Assembly: GCA_012026655.1 (NCBI GenBank)
Contig: JAAILG010001857.1
Span: forward strand, 1 to 61,100
Reading direction: 5' to 3'
DNA from: Hydrolagus affinis
Lineage: Eukaryota
Length of the DNA stretch: 61,100 nucleotides
Part shown: positions 49,329-61,100 of the stretch, piece after piece
Layout: every line of letters begins with the position of its first letter
How positions within the stretch are numbered: the stretch's first letter is position 1
Position numbers and translations under genes: made by a program
The notes under the pieces: model-generated
Told to the model about the DNA's origin: nothing
Seen by the model: the letters and a program-made list of their open reading frames with translations, nothing else
Database searches by the model: none

Positions 49329-49378
49329 GAAGTGCAGTCATGATTTTGAGAGAATGGAACATACCGGGCAAAAAGAAG
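49329..49378 (+). CDS. SPATS2L: SPATS2L coding exon 3
   Basis: Acceptor cttgctcag, donor gtaagt; (G)SAVMILREWNIPGKKK, cf. human GSAIQVLKEWNMTGKKK. Confidence 0.93.
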
Positions 49379-49466
49379 GTAAGTCTCTGAAGCTCACCAA
49401 CTTGGATAGGCTCTGAGCCGACTGACTGGTTGGCCGCATGAATAATCCGATGCTTCCTGTGACCAG

Positions 49467-49722
49467 CACAACAAGAAGAGGAAAAGCAAACCCAAACTGG
49501 ATAGCGAGGGAGGAAAGGACGAGCGGGGACACCGTGACCTGCCGGAATCTGCCGTCGAACTCCCTGGGCCCAAGGATGGGCTGAATGGTTACCACGGCAA
49601 TGGATCTGCCAACGACGACTCCTCGGCGGACTCCCTCAGCGAGACTCTGGAGACTGGTTCCAACCCGGAGAAGAGAACCGTGGAGCTGGAGCTACACCGG
49701 CTACAAATAGTACAGAAAACAG
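49467..49722 (+). CDS. SPATS2L: SPATS2L coding exon 4
   Basis: Acceptor gtgaccag, donor gttagc; 256 bp open frame HNKKRKSKPKLDSEGGKDERG...GLNGYHGNGSANDDSSADSLSETLET...QIVQKT. Confidence 0.88.
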
Positions 49723-50537
49723 GTTAGCTTCTCCTCTGCTGTTTCTTTTTGGAAAAAGATCAACAACAAATTACATTTGTAGAGCACGTTTCTTGTCGGC
49801 AGGACGTCCTGAGGCACTCTGAGACGCCGGCTGGCATGGGGGGGTGTGCAATATAAATCCATGTTGTTATTGGTTGTGTTTTCTCCCCTCTCCTACCCCA
49901 GTTGCACAGACAGGAGTAATGCTTGGAGGTCTACTGACTTCCAAGATTTTGTCCAAATATCTTGATGGTTTAAATACAGTTCTAGGTTGTCTGGCCATGG
50001 AGGTGAAGTGGGGAGGACATCCTCTCCGAGCTATCTCATCTATCCTATCTCATCTGTCCTATCTCATCTGATGTACTTTTTTAAGAGAGGCTATTGTTTC
50101 ATTGTCAGGTGGATCAGGTTGTAGGGGTTCTCAAAGCACATTTACAGTGATGGATGGGCACACGAGATGGGGGTGGGAGCCGAGTGAGAGGAGAACGATG
50201 ATTGAAAATGTGGTAAGTTTGGAGACGTGCCTTGAAAGAGAGGAAGGATCAAATCACAAGTACTCCAAGATGGAGTTTCCGAGAGCGAGGGCAAGTGCGT
50301 GCAAGCCCACCTGCTGATAATGATAGGGTGGGAGACACAGAGCAGGATGGTGTTCACACTTGATGGCAAATTGCTTGTTAATCACTTTGAGATGTACCAT
50401 AGGGATAACAATGCAAGTTCCTTCTGATCTTAACAAAAAACAAATTGAGATTCCCCAAATAAAAATGGAAAGCTATTGATTCTGGCTCTTTTTAGAAAAC
50501 TGGCATTAAATTTGTTAACTTTTTAATGTTCATTCAG

Positions 50538-50723
50538 TCGGACTCGGTCCTGAAGGTGAGAAGCTGCCCCCGGGACCAGTGATTCAGTCAGTACTCGCAG
50601 CTCCGAAATCTCAGCCAGTCACTCCAGCAAATAAGCCAAAGGCAAGGGCACCATATGGGGTTCGTGCATCCACCACGTTCTCTCCAGCCACACCAGGAGA
50701 TTCAACATCAAACAAGAAGCGAG
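50538..50723 (+). CDS. SPATS2L: SPATS2L coding exon 5
   Basis: Acceptor gttcattcag, donor gtaatg; 186 bp, phase 1-1; (V)GLGPEGEKLPPGPVIQSV...PANKPKAR...SNKKR(G), cf. human PSKPKAK...AKKRG. Confidence 0.85.
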
Positions 50724-51487
50724 GTAATGGCACATCAGTTCTTATCAAACAGGAATGGATTTATTTTAGTACAATTAGAAACCATTCTGCAAGCCTTGAG
50801 TTCACAGGGAATCATCTCACTCAGCTCCTCTTAACCCTGCAAGCCAAAGGCCTAATGGTTAGGGTGGTCCTAGCTGGACGAGAAGTGGGAAAGCTTGCCA
50901 GCCAGTGCTATCAATGGAATGCTATGTGGTTTTAGCTGGTTAGACTTCAGTCGTACCTCCAAAGACACTCTCGGGTTCCCAAGCCTTGGCTTTTGCCAAC
51001 CTGGACGTAACAGTTTTGACAATTAGATAAGCAGGATGCGTCCCTCCAGGGAGAGAATGCAAACTCAATTCCAACAATTTATCCAACAATTCCAACAATT
51101 TATCTCTGTATTTTCCATGCATGGGTGGGATGCATGGAATTCTTAGTTTGGTTGGATACTCTTAAGCACAGTGATGGATTTCTGCGAGTGAAAGAAGAAA
51201 TCTATCACCGTGCTTAAGCTGACCAAAGAAAGAGTTCAAGAGCCAATAATCCATTTTCCCCTTCTTGTTAGTGTTCTCTCAAATCATTACAATCGTTTAA
51301 TTGCTTCCAGCAAGAACAGCAATGCTGCAGTAAAAGTTCACAATTGCCCCAGCTATGAGTAAGGCAGTCAATGCATGGAACCCGATTTGAGTTTGGTCGC
51401 CAGGAATGAATTTTCCTTGTGGTTTCTAAATAATATGGGTTCATTAACCAATTTCTCTCAGTGTCCTGGCTAACAATCTCCCAAATA

Positions 51488-51665
51488 AAATTGGTCACTC
51501 AAAATGACTGTTTGTGGGACACTGCCATGTGCAAACTGTCTGCTGCGTTTCGCCCACAAAAAATGCTCAGTCAAACCACCTTACAGTGCATCTTATAAAG
51601 CATCTGAGATGTCTCGAAGGCCTGATGGGGAGTTATATCAAATGCAAAGATTATTATTATTATTA
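51488..51665 (+). mobile_element. SINE 3' fragment
   Basis: Recurrent SINE body and tail. Confidence 0.8.
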
Positions 51666-52845
51666 TCCGAAAACAGCTGAGTGCAGCTGCATTTTAGGAT
51701 GCAGTGCCAAGAGGTTTGAGAGTACGGTCATGGGAGGAATGAAATTCTGAGGGAATCGATGCAAACAAATCTCAGGGGATTAACTGCTAATGTTTTGTTT
51801 CAGTGTGTGGCCCAGACTCTGTCATCCTGAGTATTTATGGTACTTGTTTTCAGTGGTCTGTTTCTTAAAGCAGCTTTTGGTGTCAGGACTTCTATACCAG
51901 CAAGGGAGACACTCCAGTACTTGGATGAACAGTTTGTCAGAAGTGATAACACTCCCATCAGAATGTGGGTTTCCCATCATTTATAACAGTCCCACTCATT
52001 AATATCACTTTGGGCTACAAAACGTAAACCTTTCATTCCTCAGCACTGGCATCCTTCAAATTCACCAAGAAAGTGGAACAGGGTAGAGCCAAGAAGAATC
52101 AACAACAGGAATGGGTTAGCAGGAAGAGTGGTTGAAGCCAGGGTGTTGGATTTAACAATCTGCTTGCTGCTGCAATGGGTATTCTAGGAAAATGGCTCTC
52201 TCTGCCCAAATCTTACTGGGAAGCGAGTTTGGTTTCTTTGTTATTGAAAAGAGCAGTTAAATGAGCCTCCTTTTGCAAAAGTCATCACTCTGTCAGTTGT
52301 TCTCACAGAAGCACAAGATGGGTTCAGCTCATTTGATCTCATCCCTTCAGCAAACCCACCCTACTTTCTTCCCATCAGAGCATCAAGCTAGTTTTTAAAT
52401 TAGTCCAGTGTTCCATTTATGAAGTTACTCTCTGTGTAACGAAAGATTTCCTTGTGCCTGTCCTGAAATTATCCTTTCAAATCTCAACTCTTGTTTGGAC
52501 CTTGGCATAAACCTCAGAAAATAAGAGAAGCTGCAAAAACGCTGATGTAGCAAACAGAAATAATGCACACGACATAGAGAAATGAGAGCTACCCCATCCT
52601 CCCACTTTATAGTGCGTTTTGAAGTTAACATACCAAACGGGGGGAAGCAGAGTAAGAGCTTTACTATTCACATAACCTATGTGTAATGAGAAGCCTCTCC
52701 AGCTTCCACAACCCTCAATCAGAAAATTCACTACGTACTTTGTTTTACAAAAGTAACTTATAAATACAGTGTGGGAGGGAGTAAAACTGACCTGGGAGAT
52801 CTCAGTGAGCCTGTGCAACACTAATCTACCCTTGTCTCACAACAG

Positions 52846-52981
52846 GTCCTTACATTGAAAAATCAGTGAAAGACCTGCAGAGATGTACCGTCTCGCTGGC
52901 CAGGTATCAGCTCCTGATCAAAGAGGAAATGGACGCTTCAGTGAAGAAGATTAAGATTACCTTTGCAGAACTCCAGACCTG
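52846..52981 (+). CDS. SPATS2L: SPATS2L coding exon 6; gene continues beyond this exon
   Basis: Acceptor tcacaacag, donor gtaagt; (G)PYIEKSVKDLQRCTVSLARYQLLIKEEMDASVKKIKITFAELQT(C), the conserved DUF1387-family core. Confidence 0.96.
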
Positions 52982-53107
52982 GTAAGTGCTTCATGGTCTG
53001 AGAGTAACCAAGGGAAAGTTGCGTGCGCCTCATTTATTTAGAAGCCTCGTCATTCAGAGATTGCTGCTCTCGGTTCTCATAAAGGTGGCTAATATACTTG
53101 AACTACC

Positions 53108-53207
53108 NNNNNNNNNNNNNNNNNNNNNNNNNNNNNNNNNNNNNNNNNNNNNNNNNNNNNNNNNNNNNNNNNNNNNNNNNNNNNNNNNNNNNNNNNNNNN
53201 NNNNNNN
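53108..53207. other. Assembly gap (100 N)
   Basis: Run of N. Confidence 1.
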
Positions 53208-53430
53208 TTCCATCTTTCCCCCCTTTCTCCCCTAATCCCACTTCCATGACTGTTTGTGGGACACTGCTGTGTGCAATTTGGCTGTCGCGTTTCGCCCACA
53301 AATATACAGTCAATTCTCCTACTCTCCTTCATCCTGCCCCAACCCCTCCCCCACTGCTCTTGTCCCTACCTGACTGTACAGCGCCTTGGGACGTCCTCTC
53401 GATGTGAAAGGCGCTATATAAATGTAAGTT
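53208..53430 (+). mobile_element. SINE core joined to an L2-type 3' UTR and tail
   Basis: SINE core up to cagtcaatt, then a pyrimidine-rich L2-like UTR and tail cagcgccttgggacgtcctctcgatgtgaaaggcgctatataaatg. Confidence 0.8.
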
Positions 53431-53652
53431 TTGATTGATTGATAGTTATTTTTGATTAGATCAATCCATCATAAGAATTCATGCCATTAAGGAAATCCTC
53501 CCAACAGTTTTTGTTTAGTTTATTGTAATAATTAATCATTCAACTTTATAATCTTATTTTGTTGATTGTTTTCCCCCCCACTGGGTAAGAATGGTAAGTG
53601 GTTGAGATTTCTCTTTCAGCAGTGCTAACACTTGTTAATAATTATCCATGTA

Positions 53653-53857
53653 CAGTAAAAACCCGCTTATCCGGCACCCAATCAATTGTAACTTCCGTAT
53701 AATCAGCATTGCAAAAAAGGTCCGCATTCGATTAACCGGAATTTATCTGGAAAAATGCATAAAAATTTTTTTTGGGCGTTTTCAGCCGAATATCCGGCAC
53801 GCACTTCAACTGGCTTTGGCCAGGTCCTGAGGGTGCCAGATAAACAGGCTTTTACTG
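53653..53857. mobile_element. Tc1-mariner/pogo(Tigger)-like MITE, copy 2
   Basis: TA|cagtaaaaacccgcttatccggcaccc ... gggtgccagataaacaggcttttactg|TA: TIRs with TA target duplication. Confidence 0.9.
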
Positions 53858-55334
53858 TATTTGATATAACATCTTAGCACATTGTTGAAATGTGTGTTAA
53901 AAACACTTCTCAGGCTTTTACTGTAATAATTGCTAACTGTATTTGTAAGCGAGCGCATCAACCAATTCTCACACACAGCAATCTCCCACCCACCAACAGC
54001 CATGAAGTAAATGGTTCAGTTTTATCGGTAACATTAGCTAGCATGTTGGGAAAACTGCCGGTGATTGGTGAATCCACTTATCGTCGGGAGAACACTTCCT
54101 TTTGCACTTCTGACCTGTGCCCATTTGAAGACCATTAACATTCTCCGACTTAATCGTGACAAAAGAGAGCAAAAGCAACGATGCTTCACTTCTGCCGCAC
54201 AGTTAGTGGCTTCCTGCTTTCCTCATCGCCGAAGGTGAGGCATGAATTCTGTTTTAAGGGCATTAGTTCCTTTCCAAGCCTTTTCTCTAAACCAGCTCCA
54301 AGAGGTGATTCGGGAATAAAGTCCCATACTGTAGGCTGCAGTGCACATCAATTTTCACAGCAGCCATTTTTCAAACATTAGACTCACATTAAATGTGAAG
54401 GGTCTTTCAATGGCAGTAACTTTAACTCAGATCTTTAATAACATCAGGAATTAACAGACGTTTAGCGTAGGTTGACATTTAGACACCAGAGCTCCTTTAA
54501 ACTCTTGCACCTTCCTTCGCCATCTTCAGGTCTTGCCTAAAGACCTTCCTATTCAACCGTGCCTACAGTCACCTCCCCCATCCCCTGAAAGATTATTAAA
54601 TGCAGTGTCAATTTTGAAGGCATTTCTGTAAGGGTTCTTTTAATATCTGTAGAAAACTGGCTTTTACAATTTAAACTGAATTTAGGAGCCAAATTTTGCC
54701 CACTCTTTGAGCCCGACTGATGCACTGCTCCTTCTTATTCAGTCATGTTCTTACAAAACCTTCTATTAGAAGCAGCAGTTACACAGCACCTCAGCTATTC
54801 CAAGAATTCATTTAGACATAAGTATTGGCCTTTCCTTACTTTCAGACCAATCAGACAGCTGGAAGTGGATGAAGGTAACATTTCAACCTAGTATTTGAGT
54901 GTGTTCATTTGTCCTATCAATTTCATCACATTCTTACCTTCCTTTCTACCAGCTGTGCTTCTTGACACAAGTGGCTAATAATGGCTGGATTCAGCAAACC
55001 AACAGATACATGGGAAGCATTTATTGCCTGGGTCTAGATCGATTCTATTTGTGTAGCTTTTCAAAGCCTCCTGAATGGGGCACATTCTTAAGTACAGTTT
55101 TAATTTGGAAGCTGTTTTTCCTGTAAATTATTTTCAAGATACGTGTACAGAAAAATGAGTTCAAACTTCAGACTGAATTCGACAATTTGCCAAATACTGG
55201 TTGATTTGAAATACTACATTAATAGAGAACATCTAGAGTTAGGTGGAATTTCTTCCCTGCAATCTTTTACTGGCAGGACCGAAGAGTGAAGTATGTTGCA
55301 ACAAAGGCAAAGTTGTTTTTTTTTAAAAAAAATC

Positions 55335-55500
55335 TTGGTCACTAATCCATGACTGTTTGTGGGACACTGCTGTGCGTGATTGGCTGTCAAATTTCACCCA
55401 CAAAATATATGGTCAATTCATTTTACAGTGTATTCTGTGAAGTGCTTTGAGACATTTTGTGATAAATTTGCTATATCAAATGTAAGGATTATTATTATTA
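55335..55500 (+). mobile_element. SINE 3' fragment
   Basis: Recurrent SINE body and tail. Confidence 0.85.
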
Positions 55501-57203
55501 TCTTATACTAGTTACCCACTCACCAACCAGAGGAAATAATGTCCTCCTCTTGACTCTATTAAGACCCCTCATCATTTTAAAGACTATGGTTGTTAAAGCC
55601 AATGACTTATCGTGATGATGACAGTGGCATCATCCGTTTCTTATGTTTGCACCCCCAGCAGATGGTGAGACAAGGTTCAGTTGACCTTCAGAAGTTAGTC
55701 ATAAAGTTGGTCTGAATTATAAAGCTTAAAACATTTCAGCATTTTGTTTCCTATTTGGTAACAAAAGATGGCTGATATGAAGGAGGCTGATAATAAATTC
55801 TTGTTTGTGTTGGGTCTGGGAATGTAACAAAGGACTTGGCAGGAAGTCAGTGTGCCTCAAGCAAAATGTGAAAACTGCTGAGCAATATCAAGTGTGTTTC
55901 TATCTCCACTGGCCTTTATTGTAGATACTTCCATGTCAGGCAGCTGAGTGTTGTCAAGGTCTGTAGTTTCTGGCTGTGTGCTCAAGTCATCAGTCACCCT
56001 TAGAGGCTTGTCTTTTGTTCGTAGTATTGCATACAAATTGCATTCCTCCAAATTCTGCTGCATGAGTTGTAGGGAAGCAAAGAACAGGTAGTCTGAAGTA
56101 AACAGAACAGATCTGTGCTGGAGTTTAACTGCTGAAGTAAAACACTTATCACAATTCACATTTTAATATCAGTTGAAATTCTTTATATGATGGATAGAAG
56201 GGTTAGAGGTCATTCCAAACAATTTTTTCTAACAGAGATGGGATAAGGTTCAGCGTGCAGCATATTAGTTGTGTTGGAAAGATTAGAAAAGAAATAGAGA
56301 AATAATGGTTAAATGAGACACTTTGCTTTCTAAAGCCTGTAGATTGCATGAGGAAGAAAGAGAGAGAGAGAGTTCACGGTTTTACAGTCTTGAAGATTTG
56401 GGAGGAATGAGGGGTGGGAGATGCCTGACGATGCTGCGTAAGGCTTTATTTTGAATACCAAAATATACACCTGCTTTTGCATTTACAAATTTTACGACAC
56501 TAGCTTTTATTAGACTCGATGATTCAGCCCACTTTGTAAGAAGATTTGAGGAACATGTGTTTGGCAGTTAAAACTGGATGCTTGTGGGAATGATAAGTCT
56601 CCCAGTTGGGCGATCAATGGGCAGCAATCATTCATTGTTCCTCAGACATCTCCTGCATAGCCAATAATGTAGACTTGATTCATGAATATTGATACTTGGT
56701 TCATTCCTTTCCTGGCAGGAGAATCCCTATCTCTTAATGGCCACTTTATTAATGGAGAATTTGACAATGAATCTAATTTACTGTGGTATTACAACAACAA
56801 CAAAATTACATTTATAGAGCGCCTTTCACATCGGGAGGAGACGTCCCAAGGCGCTGAAATGCTATATGAACTGCACGGAGAGTGCCCTGAGACCTGGATG
56901 GAAGTTGTCAGTCACTATTCTGAACTGTAGGGGAGAGCATGGCTGACTCGCTGTCCGTGTTTGATTGCATGGGCATTGATTGAGAAAATCATCTATTTCA
57001 TTCCTGAAAGGCATCTCTGATGATGCAGTATTAGGGAGCAGGAAGGTGAATTAGAATGGATCGCTCGTGATTTTAAAACACAAGTATTTTAAACACAGAT
57101 TATTCAGTCACACGCTAAAAATTGTGAAAAAATTGTGGAAATCACCTTCAACAGTTAATGGCTAACCCAACCATGATATGTATAGTATTTTGCAATCAGT
57201 TGA

Positions 57204-57372
57204 GACCCCAAACTCCACCTAAAAGTGAGACCATGTTATCTTAAAATTTAAGGTTGTGCAGAATCCTTCATTTGGAAGCAGTTTTCCTGCACTTCTGGCT
57301 TCCAAATTAGGACTGAGTTTTATTTTTTCCCTCAATGGGCTTTCAGGATAAAGGTAGGTGGAATTTCAGGCC
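57204..57372. mobile_element. Short palindromic MITE-like element (degenerate family)
   Basis: Imperfect TIR gaccccaaactccaccta / taggtggaatttcaggcc and internal symmetry atttggaagc / gcttccaaat; relatives near 24960, 26570, 43115, 55060 and 58720. Confidence 0.6.
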
Positions 57373-57541
57373 TCTATTCCTGGACCTTGTGTGTAAGGAA
57401 CTGGAAGATCAGGAACAGGAATATCAGAAGTTGGGAGTGTTGTCACTAAGACTCACTGGAGCAACTTTGCAAACCTTCTCAGCACTGAATTGGTTTTGCT
57501 TTGTTAAGTAATTTTGTACACGATTTAACTGTCCGAAGCTT

Positions 57542-57798
57542 AAATAATAATAATAGTCTTTGCATTTAATAAAACACCTTATCACATATGAGATGTCTCA
57601 AAGCGCTTCACAGAATACAGTACTTACTTACTGCTGGGTAAACAGGGGCATGTGGAGTAAGGAAGCTTGCCTAAGATTTCTCCCTGGTCAGGAATCGAAC
57701 CAGGTCCCTTCGCTTGCAAGGCGAGTGCTGTAACCACTAAGCTACAAGACTCCACAGACAACCACTAGCTTAGTGCTTAGAGCACTCGCTTTGCAAGC
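57542..57798. mobile_element. Internally deleted minus-strand SINE with an inverted duplicate of its tRNA head
   Basis: Minus-strand SINE to 57753; plus-strand head fragment at 57766-57798. Confidence 0.8.
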
Positions 57799-58194
57799 TT
57801 GTCCGGTATCTTGATCAAACACTTGAATGCTCATTACTGGAACAAATCCCAAATGATTTGTGAAGCAAGTCCTTACACACAAACTTCAGGATAGCTTAGA
57901 ATGGTCCACAGATCATTGGACATTGGATAACAATGAACAGTGACGTTCTCGTCTATGTAATTGGTTGAGATGGATTAGGTAGTTATATGTGGCTACCTAG
58001 GTAATTGTATACAGTTATGCTGTACATCAAGGGTAGAGCTTCACTAACATGAGCAGTCACACAATGTAATATTCATCCCATTGGAGTCTGGGGTACAAAG
58101 ATTTCAGCTTCAGGAGAGGAAGGAGCGTTCCTCTTATCTCACTGCAACCTTCAGCGACTCTTCAACTTGTAGTAAATAGTGAAATGTCCATTGT

Positions 58195-58580
58195 CTCCCC
58201 ATCACCAAATAGATCGACTTCAAGATCCATCATATTCTTGTTCAAATCTTTTCACTCTCTGGCACCTCCCTGCCTTTCGTACCTCCTCATTCTCCAATCC
58301 TCTACCTGGCACCATTGCTCAACTGTCACCAGCTCTTCCCTCATATCCTCCATCCTACCATTGGTGGTTGCACTTTCAGCCACTATGCCCCAATACTCTG
58401 GAACACTCTCCCTGAATCCCTCCACCTTGCCCCCTCTCTCCCCTCTTTCAGCCTAAAATGTTTCCTCTTCCACTGTGCTCATGGTCACCTCTCCCCACCC
58501 CTTGGCTCGGAGTGAGGCTCCGCCAATGTTAAGCACTGTGTGACACTAGCCTGCTATATGCGGGCAAGTTGATGCTGTTG
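58195..58580 (+). mobile_element. Degenerate L2 LINE 3' fragment
   Basis: IIFLFKSFHSLAPPCLS and TIGGCTFSHYAPILWNTLP motifs. Confidence 0.8.
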
Positions 58581-59717
58581 TAATAGTTTTATTTAAGCAT
58601 GAATCGGATTCCTGTAAATGTCAGGATGGAACTCTTCTCTGTCAACTGAGGAGTAGGAAGTTGGCTGGCCAGAGCAGAGCTTCAGTGTGAATTGATTGAC
58701 CAGCAGGGAGGAATATAATGTTCAGGGGTAAATTCGGGATAATTTGGAAGCCGATATTTTTAAGAACTGTGAGAATGGAACACAATTGTCTCTCGGGATA
58801 AGATTAGGTGGAATTTCTGACCTCAAGAGTGATTTGCTGCACAATTGTTTTTTGCTTACGCTAACACAAAAATGAAGACAAATGGACTGAGCAGGTATTT
58901 CTTTGTTTCAGTGGAGAATTGAGGTCATCGTGATTCATTATTAGTGGTTACACACCCATCCATGTTTAATAGCACATGATCAATAGGAATAATGTTGTTA
59001 CAGTATTAGTAACTGGTTGCTCTCCACCCAAAATGATCTTGATTGAACGCCAATCGTCATTCTTTAAACTCCAGATGGTTGGCGGAGCAGCTAAACTCGC
59101 TACATTGCTTGTCCTCACTCACGGAGTCACGGATAGACTGACAGCTGCCAGAGAAACTGATAAACCTGTTCTGGAATCGAAACAAGTGAAGTGGAGCTCA
59201 GAGCACAAGCACTTGTATGTACAGTACCTGCCGAGTTCTGCTAACTAGTGCTGAATAGCGGTTCCATTTTCCCCACATTGACCATCTTTGCGAACAGTGC
59301 AGGGTGATGGGGCTGAGTTGACCCATACTCTCCGCCCCTCTCCAGTGCTGCAACCTTTTATGGCTCACAGGAAAAGTCCCCCCCCCCCCCCACCAAAGAT
59401 ATACTGTCAATGATTTTTTTAAAAGCCGTTTATTCAGGTAAAACCCAGAAGTAAAATCTAGAAACAGCAAAAGTGAAATGAGGTCACCTGGATTCAAGAC
59501 AAAATTATACTTGCTCTGCCAGATATTCAAATATGCTTTCAATAAATCATTATTTTTTGGATACTTTTGTGTATCCTGTTGGGGTTGGATTCATACACGG
59601 TGGATTCATTATGTTAAGTCAGTTCTAGGAATTAGTTCAAAGGTGTCCCTAAAACACTAGAGACTCATGAGGTTTCCAATTTAAGCTGGAATCGTTTGAA
59701 TGCGCAATGAGTACATA

Positions 59718-60443
59718 GCGTCCTGTAGTTCAGTGGTTAGAGCACTTGCCTCCCAAGCGAGAGTCCTGGGTTCGATTACTAGCAGGGTAAAATGTTAGGC
59801 AAGTTTCCTTACTCCACCTACATCTGTTTACATAAGAACTTCAGAACATAAGAATAAAAAGCAGGAGTAGGCCATTCGGCCCCTTGAGCCTGCCCCGCCA
59901 CTCAATAAAATCATGGCTGATCTTCTAATCTAATCCACCTGCCTGCTTATTCCCATATCCCTTTATCCATAAGAATGTGTCCAGGGACTGAGAATCTATA
60001 GCCTTTTCATCAGAGAATCTTACAGCACAAAAGTAGGCCATTCAGCCCATCGAGTCTGTGCTGGCTCTTTGAAAAGAGCAACTCAATCCCACTCCCCAGC
60101 TCTCTCCCCATAACCACGCAAATCCGTTCTCCCCAAATAAACGTCTACTTTTGGAGTAGAGAATTCCATAAATTCATTACCTAGCAGTTAGTAGAAACCT
60201 GGTTGTTAGTTGATTGCCGGATAGCTTTTCCAGGAGTAATAATTCCTTCCAAAAAATAATAAAATAAATTATTCACTCAAGTATTATTATTATTCACTGT
60301 TTGTGGGACACTGCTGTGTGCAATTGGCTGCTGCATATCGTCCACAAAATATACAATAAATTCACTTTATATTCTGTGAAGAGGTTTCAGGTGTCTTGAA
60401 GACATGATAAGGCATTACATCAAATGCAAAAATTATTATTATT
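59718..60443 (+). mobile_element. tRNA-SINE split by antisense CR1 3'-end fragments (~59831-60177)
   Basis: Head with ggttcgatt at 59718-59830; body resumes at cctagcag (~60180); the insert has the CR1 terminal pattern agaacataagaa..gcaggagtaggccattcggccc. Confidence 0.85.
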
Positions 60444-60914
60444 AGAGAATGCTATCTGTGAGTACAGGCACAAATTCTCTTGATCCTACACAAATCATCA
60501 GAAGAAACTTTGAGAGTGGGTTACTAATGTCACCAGAGCCTGACACTGTTTCCCTGCCAGATATTTGTTGTTCATTATGACAATAAAATGTGTTCTTGCA
60601 AAGGAAATTTATGTTTGGCTTTTCCTTTGGACTTGTTGCGTGAGTATGTGCAGGTTCGGGGTGGTAAAATTAGGAGGTACTGTATAGAGTAAAATCCGGT
60701 AATGTTGAGATTACATGTGCTGAGTAACTCAACATATGTATGCAATTAGTTCATCTGTATACGGTTCAAAATGCAAAATCTCTCATTTGCTTGCATCTTT
60801 GTAACATATACTCACTCAGTAGCACTGCTCCACAGTGAGCTTTGATGGGTATACTTGTTCAGATCTGCCGCCAGCAAATCTTGATCAAATATAAAATGAT
60901 CTAATTCCCTTTTA

Positions 60915-61100
60915 AAAGTTGTTATCGAGTCTATAAAACTTTGGTGAGGCCTCAGCTGGAATACTGTGTTCAATTCTGGTCACCACACTATAGAAAGGAT
61001 GTGAAGACATTGGAAAGGGTACAAAGAAGATTTACTAGGATGGTGCCAGGATTGAGGGACTTCAGCTATGAGGAGAGGCTAGATAGGCTAGGGTTATTCT
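60915..61100 (+). mobile_element. CR1 LINE ORF2 fragment running off the window end
   Basis: Open frame [57 protein letters not shown]. Confidence 0.93.

Noticed and set aside
52982-61100. Next SPATS2L exon (expected xIxDKEVxLxAEMDKVK-like)
   Set aside because: No matching AG/GT-bounded frame found by eye; it probably lies beyond the window or in the gap.
1-61100. CRISPR array, operon or other prokaryotic system
   Set aside because: The sequence is intron-containing vertebrate DNA, and the repeats are irregularly dispersed retroposons rather than regularly spaced arrays.

Overview
AT-rich, repeat-dense vertebrate genomic DNA. The SINE/L2/CR1 repertoire suggests a cartilaginous fish, probably a holocephalan such as Callorhinchus milii (inference). 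Two spliced genes lie on the + strand: the last four coding exons of MAIP1 (901-3784) and the first six coding exons of SPATS2L (47496-52981), with a candidate non-coding first exon near 22 kb. This matches the human MAIP1-SPATS2L order. Most of the rest is tRNA-derived SINEs with L2-like tails, L2 and CR1 LINE fragments, and several MITEs (hAT/Charlie-like, Tc1-mariner/pogo-like, long-TIR and palindromic types), plus two 100-N assembly gaps. The most interesting signal is on the minus strand between the two genes (~7.7-16.3 kb): a collinear run of mostly AG/GT-bounded segments whose translations resemble successive parts of several PDZ domains but carry stops and frameshifts. This is a candidate decayed multi-PDZ gene that the ORF track does not reveal. 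All protein assignments are from hand translation and recalled family motifs; no database search was run.
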